Below, piece by piece: positions 18,006 to 26,417 of a DNA stretch of 64,000 nucleotides; the stretch's first letter is position 1; each line of letters begins with the position of its first letter. The translations under genes and the position numbers were made by a program. Source of the DNA: Pyrodictiaceae archaeon (GTDB lineage: Archaea; Thermoproteota; Thermoprotei_A; Sulfolobales; Pyrodictiaceae). The stretch spans positions 900,880-964,879 of the forward strand of contig JALVSY010000007.1 of NCBI GenBank assembly GCA_027036135.1. The letters run 5' to 3'. The notes under the pieces were generated by a model. It did not search any database, had not been told where the DNA came from, and saw nothing but the letters and a program-made list of their open reading frames with translations.

Positions 18006-19256
18006 ATGCGCGGCATAGGTACCTTGTTCGCTGGCTTGGTGGTACTGCTCGCTATTACGGCACTAACCGTGTACATGGTTCACGCGTACCTGGTGGCGCA
18101 GCAATCCCTGCGCGAGCAGCAACTGCTCTACGAGAAAGCAAGATACATAGCCGAGCACGCGAACATAACTGGCAGCACCATCAGCTTGCCGGAGCCAGCC
18201 GACCTAATAATAGTAGACCCCAGCGGTGTACCCCACGTAGCCAAAGACGTGAAAACGCTTACACTACCATGGAGCCCTGCAAACCTGAAAATCTACGTGG
18301 TGAAACGGGGCCGAGTACGGATAGCAGCCGCCGACCCCGTGGCCAGGGCCGCGGCCTTGGCCTCGGTCGCTGCAGCCCCGCTACAACCACTAGGCAGCTC
18401 TGCAGGCAGCATAGCTGGCTGCGAGTGGTACCTAGACCCATTCATCTACAACATAACTAGGAACCCAGCCGAGTATAGGGGCTATACATTGTACAAGGAG
18501 ATGCCGCAGATAGGTTACCTCTTCTACACAAGCCCTAGGTATCTTTGCCAAATGGATCCTATTAGGTATCCTAACTGGGCTATGTGGAAGTATCCTCTTC
18601 ACATCCTAGAGATCTTAGGAATTAATACTACAAGGTTGCTGAGCGACTGTCCCCAAATATATGTTTGGGATATAGCCATTGTGCCATACATAGGTGTCAT
18701 CGTCCGGGGGATACCACCAAGCATGCTGTACAACTATATGGAGCACTATTATGGCGATTTCTACCTAATATTCTACAATGGTACATGGAGAGAGATAGGA
18801 AGCGGTGTATACTGGGATTACACCATCCAAATAGGAAGTACACGTATAACGATAAAGAAGGTATACCTAAACCCGCGGTTCGCACCCATAGGTGACTGGA
18901 AGGTATTCATCAATGTGTCTTCACCCATTATTAGCGTTAACTATTCGAGAACAGAGACCCTTATCCCAGGCCAGAACGAGCTATGGATAAGCGCTAAGCT
19001 AGGTAACGGGCTAATACTAGCTGCCGAGAAGTGGTATGCCTATTACTTCGCAGAAACCTACAAAGGATTCCCAGCAGGGTGGGGAGATTACTGCTCGCAG
19101 CTGGAGCCCTGTGCCAAGGGATTTGGCATATACCGCAAGCTAAGTGCCTATGCAAAAGGAAGTGATTATGAATATCCATTACAAGCTGTTCTACTACTTA
19201 GGCATAGTGCTTACTCGTCATCACCAAGCATAGCATATATCTATAAGCACTGCTAG
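18006..19256 (+). CDS. Large minor pilin/adhesin with class III-like signal and Tyr/Trp-rich C-terminal domain
   Basis: MRG/IGTLFAGLVVLLAITALTVY after a GAGGGG RBS; the ORF-track start at 17784 overlaps the opposite-strand pilin. Confidence 0.72.
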   Translation: MRGIGTLFAGLVVLLAITALTVYMVHAYLVAQQSLREQQLLYEKARYIAEHANITGSTISLPEPADLIIVDPSGVPHVAKDVKTLTLPWSPANLKIYVVKRGRVRIAAADPVARAAALASVAAAPLQPLGSSAGSIAGCEWYLDPFIYNITRNPAEYRGYTLYKEMPQIGYLFYTSPRYLCQMDPIRYPNWAMWKYPLHILEILGINTTRLLSDCPQIYVWDIAIVPYIGVIVRGIPPSMLYNYMEHYYGDFYLIFYNGTWREIGSGVYWDYTIQIGSTRITIKKVYLNPRFAPIGDWKVFINVSSPIISVNYSRTETLIPGQNELWISAKLGNGLILAAEKWYAYYFAETYKGFPAGWGDYCSQLEPCAKGFGIYRKLSAYAKGSDYEYPLQAVLLLRHSAYSSSPSIAYIYKHC

Positions 19257-19266
19257 TCTTTTCTTT
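19257..19266 (+). terminator. T-rich candidate terminator after the adhesin gene
   Basis: TCTTTTCTTT immediately after the stop codon. Confidence 0.4.
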
Positions 19267-19433
19267 GAACCAGTCCGCGTCCCCTACTCCTTCTGCCCAG
19301 TTACGCTGCTCACTTCTCCCAGGGTGGGGCCTCGGCCTAGGAAAGTACTGACATTAGTCAAAGAAGTCGCTGACGCCTCGGCCTTCCACGCCCCGTCTCC
19401 CGGTCAGCCTTTTCCTAGACGGAGGGATAGAGT

Positions 19434-19739
19434 GTGGGCGAGTGGGTTCTATGCAGGATATTCTTCCGGGGAGAGAAAACACTAGAGATATGCAATAAGC
19501 TACTAGACGAGCTAGCAGAGAAAGGCTACATACACATCCGTAGAGAAGACCCAGAGAAAAGCATCAAGTACCACGTAGCCAAGAGGCTACGAGAACTAGG
19601 CATACTCATGCACCGAACAATAACCAGTTGCGGTGCAGACAAAATATACCGCATATACGTGGTAGACCGCAAGAGAATGGCTAAGCTAAGACTAGAATTC
19701 GACCAACTAGACCGCCCATGGCCGATATGCATTGAGTGA
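19434..19739 (+). CDS. Small basic putative DNA-binding (wHTH-like) protein next to the integrase
   Basis: 101 aa; YHVAKRLRELGIL..KIYRIYVV; GGAGGG RBS. Confidence 0.6.
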   Translation: MGEWVLCRIFFRGEKTLEICNKLLDELAEKGYIHIRREDPEKSIKYHVAKRLRELGILMHRTITSCGADKIYRIYVVDRKRMAKLRLEFDQLDRPWPICIE

Positions 19740-19919
19740 CTAGATTATTATAATATTTAGGTATTCTCCACCCAGGTATTTTCCCAACAATCACTACGAA
19801 TAGAGTCTATACAGGGCTATAGACAAGCTTCTCTATACCGATGACTTATATGAGAGAAGGCAATTACCAATAATCATAACACGCACCAAGGGCAACTCAA
19901 CAGCGACAAGGATACCACC

Positions 19920-20795
19920 ATGAGAGCCAAGAGCCAAGCAATAACTATTAGGGAAGTTGACTGGAGAAGTTTCGCTATATACCTCGAGGGGCTTGGGCTC
20001 TCGAGGAAGTGGAGGGAGGATCTGCTAAGGTACGCTAGGCGCTATGGATGGCTCGTGTACGAGGACCATGTTAGGCTCCGTGTGGAGCTGAGGAGATTAA
20101 GCCCCCATATGCGCAACAAGGTGATGAATGCACTATCGCACTTAGCGAGGTTCCTTGAAGAGCACGGCGAGGAGGGGCTCTACGAGGAGCTGAGGAAACG
20201 GTTCCGGAGAGCACGGCTAGCATGGAGCAAGGGGCGGCCCCGGCTACGGGTTCTCGCTAGCCTCGAGGACATGCTAGAGCCTGTAACTCATGCAGCGTCT
20301 ATGCTCAAGCCAAGGCACTATAGGGTGTTCGCGGCGTTCCTCTTAGCCACTGGGCTCCGGCCCGAGGAGGCTGCAAAAGCGTGGCGAAGCTACTGGCGCG
20401 TGAGGATGCGCTACCGGGACATGGTGCTACTGGACCTAGAGGCAGTAGGACTCGACAGAGACACTAAGAGAGCCATAGTAGCCATGGTTCACCCGCTTGC
20501 GGACGCTGAGGTGCCGGAGAAGCCCAGGATAAGCCTAGCATTACTCCGGAGGAAGTGGAACAAGGCCGCAGAAGAAGCTGCCGGGAAGAGAATAGAGCTT
20601 TACACCATGAGACGGCTCCATGCAACACTCTTACTACACGCCGGGGTACCGGAGCACATAGTGGACCTGCTACAAGGCCGCCCAGGCTCCACAATCCTGC
20701 GACAAAACTACATCATGTACACGCTCTACGAGTACTGGCACAGCTACATCAAAGCCCTCCAGAACCCCCTCTCAATAATTCTAGGCAAAGACTAG
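19920..20795 (+). CDS. int: Tyrosine recombinase/integrase
   Basis: ATGLRPEEA (Arg I), TKR (Lys), YTMRRLHAT (Arg II), LLQGR, RQNY (Tyr); adjacent to the att site. Confidence 0.93.
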   Translation: MRAKSQAITIREVDWRSFAIYLEGLGLSRKWREDLLRYARRYGWLVYEDHVRLRVELRRLSPHMRNKVMNALSHLARFLEEHGEEGLYEELRKRFRRARLAWSKGRPRLRVLASLEDMLEPVTHAASMLKPRHYRVFAAFLLATGLRPEEAAKAWRSYWRVRMRYRDMVLLDLEAVGLDRDTKRAIVAMVHPLADAEVPEKPRISLALLRRKWNKAAEEAAGKRIELYTMRRLHATLLLHAGVPEHIVDLLQGRPGSTILRQNYIMYTLYEYWHSYIKALQNPLSIILGKD

Positions 20796-20799
20796 TCTT

Positions 20800-20848
20800 C
20801 GGGCTGTTAACCCGGTGGTCGGTGGTTCGAATCCACCCGGCGGCGCCA
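20800..20848 (+). repeat. att site: duplicated 3' half of tRNA-Asn(GTT)
   Basis: CGGGCTGTTAACCCGGTGGTCGGTGGTTCGAATCCACCCGGCGGCGCCA covers the anticodon arm to CCA; no 5' acceptor strand or D arm upstream. Confidence 0.9.
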
Positions 20849-21024
20849 CACTCACATTCCTGTAAGGAGTTTCTCGGCATAGAGGTTCTCCTTCAAAACC
20901 ACTATGGTACCTAACTATTGTAGTCTCGCTCATCCACTTCGTAGTACTATTTGTTACATGGTTTTTACAAGATAACCGAGAAGTTTTGGCTTCGAGGAAT
21001 ACAAGAATAGAAATGTTATTAACA

Positions 21025-21163
21025 TGGTGGGCCCGGGGGGATTTGAACCCCCGACCGCCGGGTCTCTCCCTCTCATCTAGGGCTCTTCGACAGACCCAGC
21101 GCCTGGACCGGATCCCGCAAGGGGCCTGGAGCCCGGCGCTCTGCCTGGCTGAGCTACGGGCCC
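21025..21163 (-). tRNA. tRNA-Trp(CCA) with 62-nt intron at position 37/38 (21064-21125)
   Basis: GGGCCCGTAGCTCAGCCAGGCAGAGCGCCGGGCTCCAG / intron / ACCCGGCGGTCGGGGGTTCAAATCCCCCCGGGCCCACCA. Confidence 0.96.
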
Positions 21164-21170
21164 ATCCGTT

Positions 21171-21240
21171 TCTCGGGGCCCACCATGTAGCTCATCCCCG
21201 CCTCTCGGCGGGTCAGCCGGGGGTTCAACCATGTCTATTT
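21171..21240 (-). ncRNA. C/D-box-like RNA directly upstream of tRNA-Trp with both guides complementary to that tRNA
   Basis: Guide TTGAACCCCCG + CTGA, hairpin CCCGCC-GAGA-GGCGGG, GATGA, guide ACATGGTGGGCC + CCGA; box C is degenerate. Confidence 0.6.
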
Positions 21241-21261
21241 TGTTAGGTGGACTGGCCGGGT

Positions 21262-21786
21262 TTATTCTTTATCCCTATCCCTCAATTCATTGCATAGTTT
21301 GTTTAATGGACAACTAGGTGAAGGACAGCCCATCGTTTGGAGTACTCGTTCAAGCAGTGAGACGGTCTTTAGTGAGAGTGTTAACTTTGTAGCTATCGCT
21401 TTACTCTTCTCTCCTTCTCGTTTATACTTGTATACCTGGCAGAGCTTATCTAATGGAACGGGAATAGCTCTTATGCCTTTACGTGGTCTAATAACTGCAT
21501 ATATTATTGCGCCCCCCATTACTAGCACTATTTTGTTCCGTCTCCTTGCAAAGAATTCTATGCTTCCAACAAGCTGTAATGATTTAGGGGTAGGCCTCAC
21601 TAATAGCGCCGAGTTCTCAGCTCTCTCGTAGTCGATGAGCTTTGCTCTGCGTGCGCTCCATAGGAGCTTTCTTGTCGTAGAAGGGGCTAGGCCTAAGAGC
21701 CTTGCCAATACTCTTGGAGTTACTTGATCCCGTGTAACAACATAGTATATTAATGGTATCAAATGTATAAGCCTAGTGCTTTTCAT
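21262..21786 (-). CDS. Hypothetical protein with two HTH-like segments
   Basis: TPRVLARLLGLAPSTTRKLLWSARRAKLI and SKAIATKLTLSLKTV. Confidence 0.7.
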   Translation of the reverse strand: MKSTRLIHLIPLIYYVVTRDQVTPRVLARLLGLAPSTTRKLLWSARRAKLIDYERAENSALLVRPTPKSLQLVGSIEFFARRRNKIVLVMGGAIIYAVIRPRKGIRAIPVPLDKLCQVYKYKREGEKSKAIATKLTLSLKTVSLLERVLQTMGCPSPSCPLNKLCNELRDRDKE

Positions 21787-21966
21787 ACCTTGTTCAGCCT
21801 TGTCAAAAATACAGGAAATTGCCTAGCCTATTCTTAGCTATGCCGTTCGTGGCCATAGATAAGTAGAAGAGATATAGGCTAAACACAAGCCACTTGAACA
21901 GCAGATAGGATTGAAGATATTTAGTTGAATCAAAAATAAAAAATTATAGAATTATTGTTTGTTTCT

Positions 21967-22155
21967 TTAGCTGCATATTGGGTAGTCGTCTGGTACTTTG
22001 GCTCTGAAGTACTTGCCTGTCTCTGGGCTCTTGAATAGGCCTATCTTTACTCCCTTCCTGCCCCTGGGTGCTAGCTGCCACACCTTTATTGGTACAATCT
22101 CAACCTCCTTACCAGTAGTAGGGTCACGAACCTTAACAGGCTTCTCACACGCCAA
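21967..22155 (-). CDS. cren7: Chromatin protein Cren7
   Basis: [50 protein letters not shown]; TTG start after GAGGTG. Confidence 0.95.
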   Translation of the reverse strand: MACEKPVKVRDPTTGKEVEIVPIKVWQLAPRGRKGVKIGLFKSPETGKYFRAKVPDDYPICS

Positions 22156-22472
22156 CCCAAACACACCTCCTATACTCTAGTCTACCCAGTACTCGTGTAG
22201 AGTGTACCCCGTCTACCCATTTATAGGATTTACGTTTTACCGGGTAGAGGGGTTGCGCCTCCCCCTACCCACTGGCTGGGAATACGTTATGTAATACCGG
22301 GGCTAGGGAGAGAGGCTGTGGATTCCGCGCAAAACCAGTAATATCGCTATTAAGCCTAGTTGACCTGAAAAAAAGCATTGCGAACAAATACTGCTGGGTA
22401 TAGTGATTAGTAGAATTCAATGATAGTGATTTTAACCTAGTCTCTCGTTGCTTTGCCGTGGGGTGTTAGCCT

Positions 22473-24935
22473 TCGTCCTCGCAAAGCTTTCGCCCTAAGA
22501 TAGCTGAAAAAGCCTGGAACAAGGACTTAGAAAAACAACTTCTCGAGACATGGGATAGAGAAAAGCTCTATGAGTTCAAATTAACTGATGATAAGCCGAT
22601 ACTAGTGATAGATACTCCGCCACCGTATCCTAGTGGTAAGTGGCATGTAGGAGCGGCAGCACATTATGCACAGATAGACATGATTGCACGTTATTTTAGA
22701 ATGAAGGGATGGAGCGTATTCGTGCCCTGGTATGCTGACCGTAACGGATTACCCGTTGAAGTAGCCGTCGAGAAGAAGTACGGAGTAATAGCACACGAAA
22801 TGGCTAAAACGCCAGAGGGACGTGAGAAATTCCTCCAGCTCTGCAGCCAAGAACTAGACAAGATAGAGGCCGAGCATGTAAGGATATGGAGAAGGCTTGG
22901 TTGCAGTTTCACGTATCTACGGGACGGCACTGATAGCCCGGAATACCGAAAACTAACACAGACAACCTTCATCGAACTCTGGAAACGAGGCCTCATCTAT
23001 GAGGCAGAGAAGCCCGTTAACTGGTGTCCTCGCTGTCGTACAACGTTAAGCGAGGCGGAGATCGAGCACCGCGAAGAGGACACCTTCCTATACTATGTAA
23101 AGTGGCGCGTAAAGGAGACAGGCGAGGAAATAGTTATTGCAACGACAAGGCCGGAACTGATAGGAGCGGCTAGGGCAGTAATATTCAACCCTGAGGATAC
23201 ACGGTATAAGCGTCTCAAGGGCCTGCACGCAATAGTACCACTCTATGGATACGAAATCCCCATACTCGAACACCCAGCTGCTAAGCCAGAATTTGGTACC
23301 GGGCTTGTAATGATAAGTAGCTATGGTGACTGGATAGACGTACAAGTACTAAAGGAGCTAGGAATAGAGCCTCGCGTAATAATAAACCCTGACGGTACTA
23401 TGAATGAGAAAGCTGGCTTCCTAAAAGGCCTCCCAATAAGGGAAGCACGGCACAAAATAGTGGAGGAACTCAAAAAACAAGGTCTCATAGTGAGGAAGGA
23501 GAAACTAAGGCACAGCGTACCAATATGTTGGAGGTGCAAGACACCAATAGAGATCATTCATGTAAAGGAGTATTTCCTAAAACAACTCGAGTACAAGGAG
23601 GCATTAAAGAAGCTTGTAGAAAAAATACACTTCAAGCCAGAGAAACATCGACAAAAACTGCTTGACTGGATAGAGAGCTTATCTATGGACTGGCCCATAT
23701 CAAGGACACGCTATTACGGAACTGAGATACCACTATGGAGATGCCGACGCTGCGGAGCAAAACTAGTACCCGAACCAGGACGCTACTATAGGCCTTGGAA
23801 AGAGGAACCCCCCTGGGACAAATGCCCCAAATGCGGAGCACCAAAGGAAGAGCTCGAACCAGAGACCAGGGTGTTTGATACCTGGTTCGACTCTAGTATC
23901 AGCGTCCTCTATGCTTCTGGCTACTTAAGGAACATGAAGCTATTCGAGCGAGTATTCCCGACAAACGAAGAGCTACCCTATACCCTCAGACCCCAAGGCG
24001 TCGATATTATACGTACATGGCTATACTTCACAATACTAAGAGTATACCAGCTCCTCGGAAAACCAGCCTTCCGATGGATAAGAGTAACAGGTATGGGGCT
24101 TGACCCTAAAGGCCGCGCTATGCACAAGAGCCTAGGAAACATAATTGACCCTGAACCATATCTTGAGCGATACGGAGCCGACCCGTTCCGGTTCTGGGCA
24201 GCTGCGGCAGCAAAGCTAGGCGATGATTACCGCTTCAGCGAGCAGGTACTCAAAACAGGTAAGCTATTCCTAACAAAACTATGGAATATTTCGCGGTTCG
24301 TATCAAGCTTCCCGAGACCAGAGAATAACTACAAGCTTAGGCCGATTGACCTAGTGTTCTTGAGCGAGCTCAACAAATTAATCAAGGAGGTAGACTATTA
24401 TTACGGAGTAGAGCTAGACGTTCATCAACCAATAAACCTACTATACAACTATACCTGGAACGTATTCGCATCACACTACATCGAGCTTGTAAAGACAAGA
24501 GCCTATAACAGAGAAAACGAATTCAGCGAAGAGGAACAAAGAGCTGCTTGGTACACATTACACACCATTCTAGACGCTCTTCTCAGAATGCTAGCACCAA
24601 TACTACCCTTCATAACAGACGCCTTGTATAGAAGACTCTATGGCGAATCTGTCCACAAACAAACATTCCCACAACCAAACAAGGAATGGGATACACCCCA
24701 CGCAGCAATGCTGAGTAAGATACTTGAGATCAATAGCGCTATATGGACCTGGAAGAAGAAGAACGGGCTAAAACTCAGCGAGAGAGTAGACACTTACCGA
24801 GTCCACGTAGGTAAGGAATTCGAGCCTTACCTCAAGGATCTATCACTTATGCACAAAATAGAGATAACAACAGAGCCACCGCCCAGCAGCGCAGAGGAAA
24901 TCGCAAAAAGCATTTTCATTGCACAGAAACAATAA
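22473..24935 (+). CDS. valS: Valyl-tRNA synthetase (start uncertain; first canonical start at 22605)
   Basis: IDTPPPYPSGKWHVGA (HIGH-like), DWPISR, AMHKSLGN (KMSKS-like); conserved-looking N-terminus extends upstream of 22605. Confidence 0.93.
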   Translation, partial: SSSQSFRPKIAEKAWNKDLEKQLLETWDREKLYEFKLTDDKPILVIDTPPPYPSGKWHVGAAAHYAQIDMIARYFRMKGWSVFVPWYADRNGLPVEVAVEKKYGVIAHEMAKTPEGREKFLQLCSQELDKIEAEHVRIWRRLGCSFTYLRDGTDSPEYRKLTQTTFIELWKRGLIYEAEKPVNWCPRCRTTLSEAEIEHREEDTFLYYVKWRVKETGEEIVIATTRPELIGAARAVIFNPEDTRYKRLKGLHAIVPLYGYEIPILEHPAAKPEFGTGLVMISSYGDWIDVQVLKELGIEPRVIINPDGTMNEKAGFLKGLPIREARHKIVEELKKQGLIVRKEKLRHSVPICWRCKTPIEIIHVKEYFLKQLEYKEALKKLVEKIHFKPEKHRQKLLDWIESLSMDWPISRTRYYGTEIPLWRCRRCGAKLVPEPGRYYRPWKEEPPWDKCPKCGAPKEELEPETRVFDTWFDSSISVLYASGYLRNMKLFERVFPTNEELPYTLRPQGVDIIRTWLYFTILRVYQLLGKPAFRWIRVTGMGLDPKGRAMHKSLGNIIDPEPYLERYGADPFRFWAAAAAKLGDDYRFSEQVLKTGKLFLTKLWNISRFVSSFPRPENNYKLRPIDLVFLSELNKLIKEVDYYYGVELDVHQPINLLYNYTWNVFASHYIELVKTRAYNRENEFSEEEQRAAWYTLHTILDALLRMLAPILPFITDALYRRLYGESVHKQTFPQPNKEWDTPHAAMLSKILEINSAIWTWKKKNGLKLSERVDTYRVHVGKEFEPYLKDLSLMHKIEITTEPPPSSAEEIAKSIFIAQKQ

Positions 24936-24964
24936 GCTCCTTTTTCACTAATCCCGTACTACCT

Positions 24965-25020
24965 GGAGTGATGCTGAGCAACCATAGCTGACTAGGTGAT
25001 GTATCGGATTTCGGCTGAGC
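24965..25020 (+). ncRNA. Putative C/D box sRNA
   Basis: GTGATG - guide - CTGA - GTGATG - guide - CTGA with archaeal-type spacing. Confidence 0.65.
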
Positions 25021-25059
25021 ATAACGCGTACTATATAAGACGCTTTTCCACATCCTATA

Positions 25060-25130
25060 CCGGACCCGCGACACCCGGGGCAGGCCGCCGATAGGCGGAG
25101 CAATGAACCCGGGGCTCCCGGCCTTCAACT
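25060..25130 (+). ncRNA. Putative structured K-turn (H/ACA-like) RNA
   Basis: GC-rich hairpin CCCGGG..CCGCC-GATA-GGCGG..AATGA.CCCGGG about 25 nt after TATATAA. Confidence 0.45.
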
Positions 25131-25230
25131 CACTTATCTCCGACTCGTTCTCATGCTCGATGATATCTTCTAGGAACAACACTTATGAGCCAAGTCTATA
25201 CGTGAGGACTAAGTCCTGTGGTGGGCTACT

Positions 25231-25815
25231 GTGAGCAGCTTATCCAGGCTAGAAAGGCTTGTTGAAGCACTAAAGTCAACCCCTCGTACTGGCTGGATGT
25301 TGCGTGGCGTGCCCGCAGCAATAGCTGAATCTATAGCCGAGCACATGAACGAAGCAAGTCTAATAGCCCTTGTTCTTGGAGATGAGCTAAGGAAAAAAGG
25401 AGTAAACATTGATATATACTATGCAGCAGCGATTGCGACAGCACACGACGTTTCAGAGGCAATTATAGGTGACCTGGTCAAGCTCGTAACAGACCTAATA
25501 GGCAAAGAAGTAAAAGAATCCATAGAGCTTCATGCACTCAGAAGCTATGTTGGCGACACCATACTTGCTAACCTAGTAAGGGACTACGTTGAACAAGAGA
25601 AAATAGAGGCTAAACTAGCAAAGCTATCTGAGCAGCTAGCAACGCTTTTACAGGGATTAAGATATTACCGCCAAGGCTACGACGTCTCGGAGATAATTTG
25701 CTCTATGAGCGAAAGCGTAGAGAAAATGACACAGAGCGAGCCGTTTTCCCTAATACGCGAAGAATTAGAATTAATAATTAATAAATCAAGAGAAATATGC
25801 AAGAAGAATGACTAA
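25231..25815 (+). CDS. HD-domain hydrolase (YfbR-like 5'-deoxynucleotidase)
   Basis: LKSTPRTGW..ESIAEH..AHDVSEAIIGD. Confidence 0.9.
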   Translation: MSSLSRLERLVEALKSTPRTGWMLRGVPAAIAESIAEHMNEASLIALVLGDELRKKGVNIDIYYAAAIATAHDVSEAIIGDLVKLVTDLIGKEVKESIELHALRSYVGDTILANLVRDYVEQEKIEAKLAKLSEQLATLLQGLRYYRQGYDVSEIICSMSESVEKMTQSEPFSLIREELELIINKSREICKKND

Positions 25816-26417
25816 ACAAACAGCATCAACATTTCCTAGCACTAGCTCTAACTTTCAAAAAGAGAAAGACTACTCTATATATAATACTAAAGCGGTAATC
25901 AAAAATAAATTCCGAATATTTACAGGCGAAGAGGCCCTTGCTCCAAGGCTTGTATGCCCTTTTCCTGAGAAGCATAGATGTGTTTCAGTAAACTATATTA
26001 CTAATAGATTTATGTTAAAGCTAATCTATTAACCTTGACCAGCATGCATGAAAAGAGTTTACACCGAGATTAGGCGATATATCTTCGTATATTGAGAGAG
26101 ACAGGCGATGAGAGAATAGCGTGTTTGACGCGTTAATAGCATTTATCTATATAATAGTGTGAAAAATGATGTGCAGGATAGATCTATTCATCTAGCGTAT
26201 GGACTATGCTTGTAGACTAGTTAAGGATAAGCTGCATCGGCTGTATCATGTATTTTGAAACTATATCATATTATGGTTATAAAGGATCATAACCAGGAAG
26301 ACTATAATGTTGCTATATATTTGTAGAATATGATAACAAATAACGATTTTCTTATGATATGAACTAGCTCTATTGCAGTTATACTGTTTATACATGAAAA
26401 CGGGGGTAGCGCAAATA

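Larger units (their letters stand above)
16149..19322. repeat. Dispersed 10-bp motif CYGGGAGAAG in inverted pairs flanking two gene cassettes
   Basis: Copies at 16149-16158 (+), 17949-17958 (-), 17982-17991 (+) and 19313-19322 (-); another at 7688-7697 (+). Confidence 0.75.
1..20848. mobile_element. Integrated conjugative/DNA-transfer element (ICE-like) inserted at tRNA-Asn; left end outside window
   Basis: Tyrosine integrase next to a duplicated tRNA 3' half at 20800-20848; VirB4/VirB6/VirB2-like and type IV pilus genes; mostly GC-richer than the core genes to the right. Confidence 0.88.

Noticed and set aside
17784-18076. Long overlapping N-terminal extensions of the two divergent pilin ORFs
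   Set aside because: RBS and class III signal peptides point to starts at 17935 (-) and 18006 (+).
5400-20795. Provirus interpretation of the element
   Set aside because: No recognisable capsid or packaging genes; the VirB4/VirB6/T4P content fits a conjugative or DNA-transfer element better, although the left part is unseen.
20800-20848. Complete or split tRNA-Asn gene
   Set aside because: Only the 3' half is present and it abuts an integrase, so an att duplication is the simpler explanation.
22242-22270. GC hairpin between cren7 and valS
   Set aside because: Imperfect and without box motifs; cannot be assigned as an ncRNA.
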